This document shows, one piece after another, positions 35,149 through 47,272 of a DNA stretch of 64,000 nt. The position numbers and the translations under genes are program-made. How positions within the stretch are numbered: position 1 is the first letter of the stretch; each line of letters starts with the position of its first letter. The stretch lies in NCBI GenBank assembly GCA_010405405.1, contig MU004233.1, positions 757,122-821,121 on the forward strand, in the 5' to 3' direction. Below the pieces are notes generated by a model, which saw nothing but the letters and a program-made list of their open reading frames with translations, did not search any database and had not been told where the DNA came from. This DNA is from Microthyrium microscopicum. Its lineage: Eukaryota.

Positions 35149-38100
35149 TGTGATAGATGGATATGATGCTCGTAGCAAGTAGGAGTATTAGAGGAGGAGG
35201 GAATTGGGTGCAAGACCCGTGGAGAGCGAGGAGGAAAGGTGGGCAGGAGAGTGGATACGATCGAAGGAGAGGGCTGGTGGAGGTGTCAAAAGAGGATGGA
35301 GGACGATTGCAGGCTCGAGGGTACCTGTGAGTTGAAGTTGAGAACAGAGGCACAGACACGGCGGCTCTGTTTGTAGTGCCAGGTTTTGTATTGGATTGTG
35401 GTGAAGGGCAGATATGGAGATGAAAGATAGATTGGAGAGAATAGATGAAAAAGGAGGATAGTGCTAAGTGTGGTTGGTGATTGTGGTCGATGGCAAGAGC
35501 AATGGCTTGGCGCCTCCTTCCTTTCAGGGACACCTGGGCACATTTCTAGATTTACAGGGATCTTCAATTTGCACTTTCAGTATTCAACGACTGCGACCGA
35601 CTCCAGAGTCCAGAGCACAGAAAGGGAAAGAACAAACCGTCATTTAGTCCATCTTCAGCAAGAACACTGCCAATCAAGGCAAGCGCTTGCAGCACACAAC
35701 AAGAAGTTGCAGTTGACTATTGATTGCTGCCATGTCAGTGGTTGCATCCCTATAAACTAGCCTTGATGCTTCGTACGCAGCTCCCGTTAGTCTCGTTAAC
35801 ATTGACATTCTCCCTACAACCAAGTTCCCATTGTTGAGAAACTGTAATTTTACATGTCGATAGCGTATCTTACTTTTGCCATCTTCAATTCTTCTATCTA
35901 GGTACGTTCTGGCCAGTCCATTGAACCAATAGTCGCCGTGCCTCAAGGCCAGATCGCACGCCTGCAGGTCACCATTCTCATACACTCCTCACCACTGCAC
36001 TCCCCAAGATCTGCACCTCTACTTTTACCTTTCATTATTCGAGCATCCCGAAACAGGCCAGGAACCTGGTTCAGCACGTCTTTCGCTGTTTAAAGGCAAG
36101 TGCTCCCCGTCTTATCCTTCCAACAATCCATGGGTTATTGGCTCAAGGCCAGCGCTCTGCTACAGCCCAACAGTGAACACCTTGCTCTCCATGGCTTATT
36201 GCTGCCCTTCACCCATGCCAAATGCTTCATTGTTCTCCCGTCAAATTGTAAATACTCTCCTGTAACTTTGTCACCTCACCGCCATGTTTCCAGTGTCGCG
36301 CAGTCACCAATTCTCCTCGTAAAAATCTCGCCCTTCCCGCCTAAAGTCCGTTCAGCGTCAGCTCTAAATATGCAGGTACTCCCGCACCCAGATCGATCCT
36401 CCTCCAACCAACCAACTCCCCTATTTATTCACATCGCCCGTCGATGAACTATCCCAGTCGGCCCAATAATCATGCACTTGTCAAAAATATACGATGCGGC
36501 TCTGTGTCCAAGCCACTTCCCAAATTAACCTTATCTGTCCACCCATCTAACCCGCCGATCATCGAAGCAGCATAATCATGTACGTCACCAACACATCGGA
36601 CTCCGAAGATGCATACGAAAACTTGGCGCAGAAAAAAAAGAAAGGTTCATGGTTGGCTCAAAGAAAGGGAAGAAAAGGAGGCGCACAGTTGAGATTGCCA
36701 TCTTTGCGCGGCTCGCAACGACGCCACGCGACGCTCCCGAGCGCTTGCCGCGGCCAAAAAAAAGGAATTGGCATCGTGAGATTATTGCGTGGCTAACCAC
36801 GGCGCCGGGAACAACCGAGAACTTTCTTGAGTTTTTTGGCACGTGGAAATTTTGCATCGTGGAATTGTGTAACTTCATTGATGTAACATAACGACGACAG
36901 CTATCGTTACTCCCAGCACCAGTGACTACCTATTCTAAGCTTGAATGATTTTCGCAAGCTATTGCGATAAATCCCAGTTGTGCCAAAGTTTCTTTGCACT
37001 AACAAATCACTGCTGCCTCAAACAGCAAGGAAATCACCAGTCCATGAGTACGCGAGACAGGCACATTTTCACATATATCCGAACGCTCGCTCCATCTCCA
37101 TCGTAATAACCCCCAGATCATGTCAACAACGTGGGAAATACCCAACTAGCAGGGACCCCTTTCAGGCCCCCAAAATCTCACCCTCCCAAACCTCCCAACG
37201 ACAACTCCAAGTCTTCAACAAGCAATCTTTCCGTGGACTATTAAGCATAGTTAGCAGCAACAGTTCTCCGCAAGAACCACCAACTCGGGCTTGCAAACAA
37301 TGTATAGGTTCCTTTTATACATACACACATCTTGTTATAGAGGAAGGTTGATGCCAAGACGCACAGGTCTCACGTCTGCTGCAGAGCGTCGATCATTGAA
37401 TGGGTGACTGGGAAATTTGTGTTTGGGTAGAACGCGCCGAGGAATGTTTCGTGTCGTTGTTTGTGGGTAGGGTTTATTGCTGACATTTAAGCATACATTG
37501 TATGGAGCTTTGGATGCTAGACTGGTCGCTTTATATTGGTTGTCTCTCCTTGGGAACTCCATTATAGTAAATGGCGATCAATTACCTAGCACGCAAAATT
37601 TTTTTAGTAAAAGAAGAATGATCTTGGAAGCTTACTGCAATCAATGCCAATAGATGTTCCGTACTGTTAGAAAGAAGATACCATCGCAATCCACGAGGAG
37701 CAGGGAACAATTTGAAGGCTTCCTGCATCAATCCTCTGATACCTTTGTCAACTTAGTACATAGAAAAAGTTTACTATGCATTGCTCAGCATCTGATACCG
37801 CAGCAAATGTTGACTACAATATGGCAAACAGAGCAAGTGCACTTTTGGTGTGTGCTTGAGAAAGGGGATACTAAGAATAGACAGATTCACATATCACGAA
37901 TGATAGCGGATAGCATCACATTATAACAAGCCATTGAAAGGGCAAAATATGTTCATTTGACACCGTGAGCAGACAGTACCTACTAATATAGCAATTCCTC
38001 CTCTTAGCCTGCACAGGGACCACTTCCCAACACCACTTCCACGGCCTCTCCCTCGAACCAGTCCATCGGTCCCTGTACTCGAACATATCTATCTGTACGT

Positions 38101-38309
38101 GAAAAGCATAAAGGCAAAATTACCAAGCATTGCAACATTGCTCAGATCCGATCCGCTTGAAAACCTCCCAAGACCCGCTAGGAAATTTTGTGCACTTCTC
38201 GTATACTCATCATGTCGTGGTTGTTTGTCTTACCGAAAATCCGTTCTCGTCCTTGCTGATACTCGTACAGTCACTTACTTCACCGCCAACCATCGACTAC
38301 CAGGAAAAC

Positions 38310-40445
38310 CTAGTAATCGGTGCCGTCCATGGCCCACATCTTGAAAGCATCATCTTGATCGTGAAAAGACACCATATCGCTCTTGAGATAATCGACACCT
38401 CCGAAAGCAGCGAGCCCAGCTTCACTCGTAGCGAAACTCATGCTCAAGCCACTATCGTCGGCGGAGCTGACATGTAGACAAAGGTCATCAAAGATGCTGG
38501 GCGCGCAAGTGTCCTGTTCCGGCATCGTCGATGTTGATGCGCAGAGAGGCGAGGTGGGCGGATCCATATCCGAGGAGCCCGAGTGCGGCTCGTTGGCCAC
38601 GAGAGGTGGTGGCGAGGGGAGGATGGGTGAGGTTGGTGACATGGAGCCGGAGGGTGAGGCGGCGAGGTTGGAGTAGTCGAGGCCGCTGTTGCTGAGCGGG
38701 TACATGTGGTCCATTGAGGTGCTGGTTGTGGCGGCGTGCATGTCGTAGGTGGTGATAGGTGGGGAGTGGTGGGTTAGTGATGGGTCGAGCCTGGAGGTGT
38801 GGTTAGTCCGTTGTTGGTAGTGGGTGGGGGAGTAGTGGTCGTACCCAAAGTTGTCAATCTCGTCGTCTTCTGGCAAATCTACTAGCTTGGTGGAGTCTGT
38901 CGTCTGGAAGTCGTCCCGGTGGGCTGGTGGACTTGGGCTGTCTTCTGCACCGCTGACTGCGTGGTCGCTGTCGCTGCTGTCGCTGAGTGCTCGGCCGCGG
39001 GTCTTTTGTGCTTTCTCGAGACGTCCGTCCATGTCGGGTCTCAATTTGCGTGGTCGACCGCGTTTGCTTTGCTTGCGGACGGCGTCTGGGAATGCACCAA
39101 CGCACATGCCGCGTTGTCTATGCCGAGTGAGGGCATCTTGACGGGCAAAGCCACCACCGCAAGGACAGCGGTAAGGCTTGTTGCCTGTGTGAATCTTGGC
39201 GTGGCGTTTGAGATCGTGTTGTCGAACGAAGCATTTGCCGCAGTGGTTGCACCGATATTGACGGTCACCCAAGTGAGTTTGTACATGCGAGCGGATGTTT
39301 TCACGGCGTCCGAAAGTTTTGGCATCACAGCCTGGGAACAAACACGTCCATCGATGAGTTAGTGGGTCTTGTGATGAGATGTAGTTTTGAATCTCTTCTT
39401 GGCTGATACCGGTTTCTTCAATCGTGCCGCCGTCGATATTCAGATCCGCGATTGAAACAGCTCGCGGTGAATGCGAGGGAGAGTCGTGGTCGTGGTCATG
39501 ATGGAATGGGGCTTCGACATCAGTGAGTGTTGTTTGTGAAGAGAAGATCATCGAGTCGTTGAGAGCAAAGGATGGCGTGATGTTTTCGACTGGGATGAAT
39601 GATTTGATGGATGGTGCGGTGGGAGAGCATGATGTTGAGTGGCTTGGTGATGAATAGAAGGAAGATTCATATGCCCTTTCGTTTTCTATTGTTTGTGGAT
39701 CGAACTTGAGGTCTTGACGGTCAAAGAGTGGGTCAAGAGCTAGTTCGGTATTGTCAAATTGTAATGGGATGGGTGATACATCCACGTTGTCTCCGGCTGC
39801 GAGAGAGGCACGTTTTTGAGGCGTTGCAACCGGTGTTGGTAATATATTGATATGTACTTCAGCAATGCTTCCATACACCGACTTGATATGTCGTTCTAGC
39901 TCGTCAATCTGTTGTTGTGTAGGTTGAGCTGAGAGCTGTTGTGCCGGTGTTAGTGGAGGAGCTGATATTGGTCCATGCCCAAAATGAGGATTGGGCGTGG
40001 AGGAATGAGGAGAGTGGTTTTCATGAGAGAGATGATATTGCATATGAGGAGGAAAGTCTTGCGTCTGGAGTCCTAATCCTTGAGGATGGAATTGGTGTTG
40101 GAACTGATGGTGGTGTCCCGGCTGTGCCAGGCTTGGTTGCGTTACTGCGGTGTGGTGATACTGTAGAGGTTGTCCTGCATGGTTAGTGTGGTTGCTGTGG
40201 TTAGTACTTACCGATATATCATCCTGTGATATGGGTCCTAGTGTTGGTGTTAACTTGGATGGTTGGTATAATCGGGGCTGGTCCAGTGAGAGTCCTCGGC
40301 GATGGCCTCGGTGACTGTTTGCTCTTTGGATTCCAGCGGCAGCAGGAGCCTTTCTTAATTGTCCGACTTCAATGTTTGGTGTTGAGTTTTGTCGGCGATG
40401 GGCCCGTCTCCGGGTTTCTATCGCTGAAGTCGGTTGGGACAGCAT
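38310..40445 (-). CDS. C2H2 zinc-finger transcription factor, Ace2/Swi5-like
   Basis: HRRQNSTP and HRRGLSLD N-terminal motifs; fingers FGRRENIRSHVQTH, CGKCFVRQHDLKRHAKIH, CPCGGGFARQDALTRHRQRGMC; KRGRPRK; likely start MLSQPT at 40445, with an intron just upstream (~40494-40556). Confidence 0.88.
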   Translation of the reverse strand: MLSQPTSAIETRRRAHRRQNSTPNIEVGQLRKAPAAAGIQRANSHRGHRRGLSLDQPRLYQPSKLTPTLGPISQDDISVSTNHSNHTNHAGQPLQYHHTAVTQPSLAQPGHHHQFQHQFHPQGLGLQTQDFPPHMQYHLSHENHSPHSSTPNPHFGHGPISAPPLTPAQQLSAQPTQQQIDELERHIKSVYGSIAEVHINILPTPVATPQKRASLAAGDNVDVSPIPLQFDNTELALDPLFDRQDLKFDPQTIENERAYESSFYSSPSHSTSCSPTAPSIKSFIPVENITPSFALNDSMIFSSQTTLTDVEAPFHHDHDHDSPSHSPRAVSIADLNIDGGTIEETGISQEEIQNYISSQDPLTHRWTCLFPGCDAKTFGRRENIRSHVQTHLGDRQYRCNHCGKCFVRQHDLKRHAKIHTGNKPYRCPCGGGFARQDALTRHRQRGMCVGAFPDAVRKQSKRGRPRKLRPDMDGRLEKAQKTRGRALSDSSDSDHAVSGAEDSPSPPAHRDDFQTTDSTKLVDLPEDDEIDNFGYDHYSPTHYQQRTNHTSRLDPSLTHHSPPITTYDMHAATTSTSMDHMYPLSNSGLDYSNLAASPSGSMSPTSPILPSPPPLVANEPHSGSSDMDPPTSPLCASTSTMPEQDTCAPSIFDDLCLHVSSADDSGLSMSFATSEAGLAAFGGVDYLKSDMVSFHDQDDAFKMWAMDGTDY

Positions 40446-41286
40446 CGTGATGCTAGTCGAGTTCGGATATGGAGTTGTCGAATTGATCCGCAACTATAGA
40501 AAGCAAGTTAGCTTGTGTTCTTCAATTGGTAATGTGAACTCTCAACTTACACTCACGCAGCGCAAGCGGCAGTGTGCCGGGCAAATATTGAGTTCCGTTT
40601 AGTGGTCCAGACGCGATGAAATTCCTCAATTCCTCAAATGCAAGAGAATGGCCGAAGCCTGTTTTGTAGCGGTAGGTGGTAAAGAAGCGGTTCTCTCAAA
40701 CGACTTCTAGGAAAAGCTTTGTAACTTGAGCAATGCACGTATGCAAGATGCAGTAGTAAATATATCAGAGTGGTTTGGTGAGAGAGTTCGCAACCGCTGG
40801 CGATGGTGTCTCTTTTCACGGACAAGCAAGTCGCAGAAGTTGTTTACTAACATCGCTGTAGCAACCCAGGAGAGCTAACAACTTTGATTGGTTAAACCTC
40901 TCAGATCGCGCCACGTTGGCGCCAGCACAGGCGCCCCAATCTAATCAATGGACCGAGCGTTTTCCGTCTGGTTTCCACGCCACCGCGATCATTCGTGATG
41001 CCACCAATTCATTCTTCGGTCAAACCTCTGTTTTCGTACCAAGTTATTTCTGGAGCCAGCCAAACCTTGGAACCCCAAACGAGCAGTAGAAATTTACTGA
41101 ACATCGAGTCGCGCTAAGCCTAATAAGGCAGGCATGTGGTTTGTCCCCAGCCCTCCCGAGCAGTTTGGTTGTGGCTAACCATGGTTGAGCCCCCGGTAAA
41201 TCGTTTTTCCGACCTGCGCCACCCACATATAACTTCCCCACCCTCCGAACTTTTCCAACATTGCTCCATCACCCACTTCTTCATAG

Positions 41287-41914
<628 letters not shown>

Positions 41915-42246
41915 GCTCGAAAAAGTGTCCAGCTGAGCTTATAGGCTTTTTGACGAGGCATTTATGTAGTTATATGGCCTCTGTCTAGCTCCGAATGAAA
42001 ATTCTGAAACCAAAATTTTCCATTTCTTCGTGTTTTCTACTATTCTGTGCTTTTCCCATCGATGTCGATGGCTACCATTATTATCTCTTCTCAATAGAAG
42101 AGGCTTTAACTCCCATCTCATGCGATGAGGCCGCCAGGTTTTGTGTCATCGCGTTACATTTCTTGCTAATTCTCTATTTTAGTAGTTCTATTTGGTAGAT
42201 TTATGCGATTTGACCGATGGACAAAAAACCCGACGAACGACCATCA

Positions 42247-42341
42247 AGTGCGTTGGCTCTCATCTGCTGCGGTCCGTCAGCGAGTGCGTTGGCTCCCATC
42301 TGCTGCGGTCCGTCAGCGAGTGCTTTGGGGCCCATCTGCTG
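42247..42341. repeat. 36-bp tandem repeat, ~2.6 copies
   Basis: AGTGCGTTGGCTCYCATCTGCTGCGGTCCGTCAGCG twice plus a degenerate partial copy; no spacers. Confidence 0.85.
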
Positions 42342-42632
42342 GGTAGACTTTCAAATGGACCTAACGACTACGATGGGAAATATAGCACCTTCTATTCAAA
42401 GAACTTGGTAGGAGCCATCGGCATTGGTGGGAAGTAGCCAACAATTTTACCAATCTGTTGCCTTTTCACCTCCTCGATATTTTCTCCTTCGAAGTCAAGC
42501 ACCTTCGACCGTCAAGCACTCATATTTTACGAGTATTCGCTCCTGCTCAACAATAAATCATCCCGCCTGTCATAACCCAATCTTCCTCGCCCAACAGCAA
42601 CCGATCCAGAATAACTGATTTCACATGAGAAC

Positions 42633-44399
42633 ATGGCGCAGCTAAATCGTATCGAAAACCCATTTTATCTTAAAGCGCCATGGGAACGCCGGAGACGTTC
42701 GATCTGTAGCAAATCGCCGTCGCAGGTACTCGCAGCGGTAACTCCATCCGCCTACTTTTCCAGACCTCCCGCGGCCCAGAATCAGCCTCCGCCCTCTGTC
42801 ATCAATCTCGACACTCATAGCGATTATCAAAAAAGTCTGAACAAGATGCCGGCTGAGATTATCCTGTTAATTGCTTCATTCCTTGACGCGAAAGACTTCA
42901 TTGCGCTGCGCACAGGTAAGCTGCATTTAGTGTGGTGTTTCAATATACTGATTCTTTCACAGCAAGTAAGCGCTACCAAGAAATTCTGCTCGAAGATTTC
43001 ATTACTAGGTTCTGGACTTTTCGAAGATCGCCGCATGACGGAATCCGAACATTGGTTGTTGAGCCAAGCACTTCCCGTGCTTCACTCTATAGATGGATTC
43101 ATCTTCTCAAGAACGAAGTATTCGCCTCCAGAGTCCTCTATATGGATGTTTATCAGATCTTTTTCGCACCAGCGGACATCGTTACCGGTATCTTCCTCAA
43201 ATCCCTTACTCCTGATTGTGTTGTCCGTTGCTAACAATAACTAAGATCGCTGGCAACCAGTCGAGAGCAAACGGCTTAACAAAATTGTACGAGCCTGGCG
43301 AAAGGGATTACGGAATGGTCCTAAGCTTGACCACCGTAGGTCAAAAGTGTATCTCTGGCACCCACTTGTTCTATTGATTCAATCTCTGCCAAATTTGGAA
43401 GAGCTGAGAATCGAGACCATCCTCATCAAGAGTTTGACAGAAATCATCTTTCAAATCCCGAAGGATGATACAAACTCGGTTTTGGAACAACAAGGCCGTC
43501 GAAACTGCCTCTCCCTTTTTATCTTGAAGTCGCTCAATCTTGTGAAGGGCAAAAAGATTAGGGTGCTGGCCTACCAGAATAGCTTCAGTAAGATCGAATT
43601 TCGTCATTTTGGAAATCGCACCGGTGTGCCATGGGTCGATAAGGCATCAGATGCCAATCATTGCATTACTTCGCTCTCCTTGGGACTCGCCGATCTTGGT
43701 AAGAATTGCTTATGGTTTTCACCACGCAGTACATCTTTCATCAAGTACCTACAAAGCTTACGCAGCTTGAAAGAACTCTATCTCGCAGGTCCCTATCCAA
43801 AGCAAGAAGAATATGTCAGACTTATGCAGTCTTATCCATCCATGAACACTCGTCTGTTCTTTTCAAAGGTGTATTTGAACACGATGAAACGCGCAAAGAA
43901 CTGGGACCACATTTTGAATGATGTATATCTGCCAACGCTCATTCGCTTCGAGCTTCGGGGTCTCCACAACATCGGTGCAAGTTCAATAGCCCAATTCTTG
44001 CTACGGCACAAGCATGTTGAAACAATTCGTCTTTCTCAAATCAGCCTGTTGCCAACGACTCAACCTCCTGATCAGGTCCCTCCCGGGACGAACTTGCTCG
44101 TTCTAGCGCAGGAACACTTGATGCATGTCATTCGCGACAACAGTCTTCCCAATGTTGTTGACATTCACTGTCCTGAGACTGATGTTTTCTTTGGGCTGTA
44201 CTATCGCCGTGAGAAGGGTTTTCAGGTGATGCATTTCCACCGCGCGAATAAGGACCGCGCAGCTATAGAGAAATGGTCGGATAGTACGTTTCAAGCTTTC
44301 TATGAAGAGAAACTTAAAGAGGAGGCAGGTGCACTGGTGGATGGTCTGAAGGTGATGGCATTGAATGACTACGAGTCAGACGGAAGTACTGTTTCATGA
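42633..44399 (+). CDS. F-box protein (paralog B), 3 exons, apparently intact
   Basis: F-box SLNKMPAEIILLIASFLDAKDFIALRT|ASKRY; exon 2 RTLVVEPSTSRASLYRW; exon 3 HPLVLLIQSLPNLEELRI...YLQSLRSLKELYLAGP; both introns preserve frame. Confidence 0.78.
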
Positions 44400-44490
44400 G
44401 TCTGGAAGATTCAAAATGGATGATCTTCTTTTGACTCTCGACAGTACCACTGCAATCGAATAATTTGCACCAAGCAGAAAATAAATCCTC

Positions 44491-46361
44491 CTAGATATCC
44501 ATAATCTGGCTCTTGACCCATTGTTCTGCGACACCATTACCCTCGTCCAAATTATACAGTGAGATCGCTTGCCGCCCATTTTCGCGCCGAAAACATAATT
44601 CTGTCAAAGGGTCTGTATCTCGAGAGGTCATTCGGTGCGACGTCTTTTTTCCTGTTATATTGATAGCCTCTCTAATCGATATGTTGACTGATTGTGATGC
44701 GAGTGCAGGCTGGATTAGTGTCGCATCCGCTGGTGGAAGAGCCGCTTGTAAGACTATCCGCGAGAAGTATATAGTCTGAATTCATTAGTTGACGGTTCTG
44801 TCCTGATGTGACCAAGGGGGTGTGACTCACTGCAACGCTCTTATGGCGCTCAAGAAACCGCGCAACTAGTTCCATTTTCAAGCCAAATACGTTATGAATC
44901 TCTAGATGATTGAGATATGGCAACCTCAGACTGAGTAAAACTCCGTTCCACGTCTCAGCTCGCAGTAGTTTTGACGCTATCTCAGGCTCTTTCAGAGCCT
45001 CACTTCCCATGATGGACATACGGAAAATGACTTCGGCCATGAACCAGTTCGAAGCACCCTCACCGGTAAGGTAAAGCTTTCGTAGCCCTCTTAGACTCTC
45101 CAGGTATGTGATGGTTGACAAAGTGCCCCAAGGAAAGGAGGGTATGGGATAATGAGTTTCTGGATCGACCAGAGTTAAAGAGAGCGAGGAGATACTATTG
45201 CCGCAGGAAATGCCGCTTCGCCAGTTTCCTGCGGCAATGTCGAGTGCATGAAATATTATTGCATGATAAACTAGGTTGTTATGTTAGTAAGACTTTTCGG
45301 AAGCTTGGGAAGACAAAACAGATAGTATGCTCCCGCAGTCACTAAATGATTACACTGGCTACCGTGCTCGAATCATATGGAGCAGGCCAAATATCTCATC
45401 AAGCATGATTAGAGTAAGGTTCTGAATACGTACCACCTGCTGGGTCTGCAATCACTTTTAGATCCTTTTTACGAACGAAGCTTAGCAGTGCAAGAGTGAC
45501 TCCTAGCGAGTCGATGGTATAGGCGTTGCAGGTCGTGTTGCAAAGTTCGTAGTCGAGAAAACGCTCTGGGTGAACTATGGTCTTATTCTGCATAAGGATC
45601 GTCCTGATTGTGATTTCTTTAACATTGGGAAGACTTTGGATCAACTTCACCAGTGGGTGGCCATCCCACATCGCATGTTGATACTGCTTCAAGCCTGAAA
45701 GCTTGGAAGCTATCCCTCGGAGCCGCTTATTGTGTACTATCAGCGTCTGGTTCACAATTGGGGAGCTTTCAAGCATGAGCACAACATGGATATCCACAGC
45801 GTAAACTTTCGGTGCGTAACGCTTATCGTTGGCCAAATGTGACCATTGTTCGCACGATTCTTTCGATAATCTAGATTTCGTTAGTTTAACGCTGTCATAG
45901 TATGCGCTAATGAGTTTTACGAAATCACAACATGCTATGATTCCACCGCAAGGTGTCTTTATACTGCGGCGGTCACTTACCCAGGCTCGAAAACTAGACC
46001 TTTTTGTCCTTCAACCTCGCGGGTTTTCCAGAATCGAGGAATGGAATCGTGGTGGAAGATATCGGCATATCGCGTACTACCTGGAGATAAGGGATTAGCC
46101 ATGAGTCAAAGTAATACTTAGCTCTCTAATGCTAACATGGGCATCAAAGAAGTGTCTAAGCTTGATTGACTTACTCGAACGGAGTGCGATGAAGCTTTTA
46201 TCATCCAGATGTTCTCCAACAATCAGAACGATCTCTGTGGGCAACACATTCAGACTGCGCCGCATGTTTCTGAAGGCTTTACGCTCGCGTTTGAGTTCTA
46301 AGGCCTCTGCTCGAGCCTGGGACCGTCGAGCCAGCTCAAAAAGAGAACATGCGTAGCGCAT
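44491..46361 (-). CDS. F-box protein (paralog C), 5 exons; ends may be shortened
   Basis: F-box SLNVLPTEIVLIVGEHLDDKSFIALRS; VFEPG|LSKESCEQW; HPLVKLIQSLPNVKEITI; YLESLRGLRKLYLTG; ARFLERHKSV; CFRRENGRQ; four GT-AG introns keep frame. Confidence 0.72.
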
Positions 46362-47272
46362 TTCGAGACAGGTGATGCAGGGCGGCTGCTGGCGACAGAT
46401 GTGTTGAAAAGGAACTCGGAAGAGGTCTTCTGAGATCTAAAATCTCATGACATTCGACGACTTAAGGCTCAAATTTTCAGGCAACACCTCCTGAAAGTTG
46501 CACACTGAGAATATTTGAGTTTGGTGGGAGCCACGTCCTTGTGAGTGACTAAATACTAGAAAGTAATTACAGGTCGAACTAGGCCAAGTCTCCCAGACAT
46601 TCATTCCCTCATTTTCATACTTCGAGTGACCTAGCAACGTCAGAACGGAATATGGTTTTCGATCTTATATTATGTATTTTCAGTGCAGTGGTGTACCTAA
46701 AGATAAGTCTGAGCGCACATGTCGTGACATACCACATTGGCACATAGGTCCATAACACGAAATGCCTGTTCTCACCTTCTGGAAAACATCAAGTTGTAAA
46801 GTCGAAATCGGTTATGGAAAACATTGAATCTGTCACCTAGTTGAACTTCATTCGATCTGGATTGTGTAAGAGAAGATAATGATCCTGTTTGGCCTTTGTC
46901 CTTGATCAGCAAACTCATTTCTACACTGGCATAACACTCAAAACCTGCTCCAAGCATACAGCTATGAAACGATTGGAAACAAAGGCTCGCTCTGAGATGA
47001 CCGAAAACTTCTGATTCTTAGAACACGCTTACACCTAACCTGCTCTAGTAATCATGCAGTGTCTGACCTCTTGGGCTTGCACAAGCAGCATAACCAAGCT
47101 TTGCAATTCACCTTTACAAGTGATATACACCTGCAGTGTTCCCTTGAATCATTATCCGTTCTTTCCCAAGTCAATAAATCATCTTGGCTCCACGACTTCA
47201 GTGCTTCCTGCTTCTTCCTCTCTGCAGACCCCATCCTATCCATCCTACCCATCCATCGCCATAAAACTTACA

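Noticed and set aside
35150..38300. Short ORFs and possible ncRNA in a 3-kb gene-free region
   Set aside because: No consistent gene model or RNA structure; likely the transporter promoter/5' UTR plus the TF 3' region
42247..42341. CRISPR-like 36-bp repeats
   Set aside because: Units are directly adjacent with no spacers, there are no cas genes, and the context is eukaryotic
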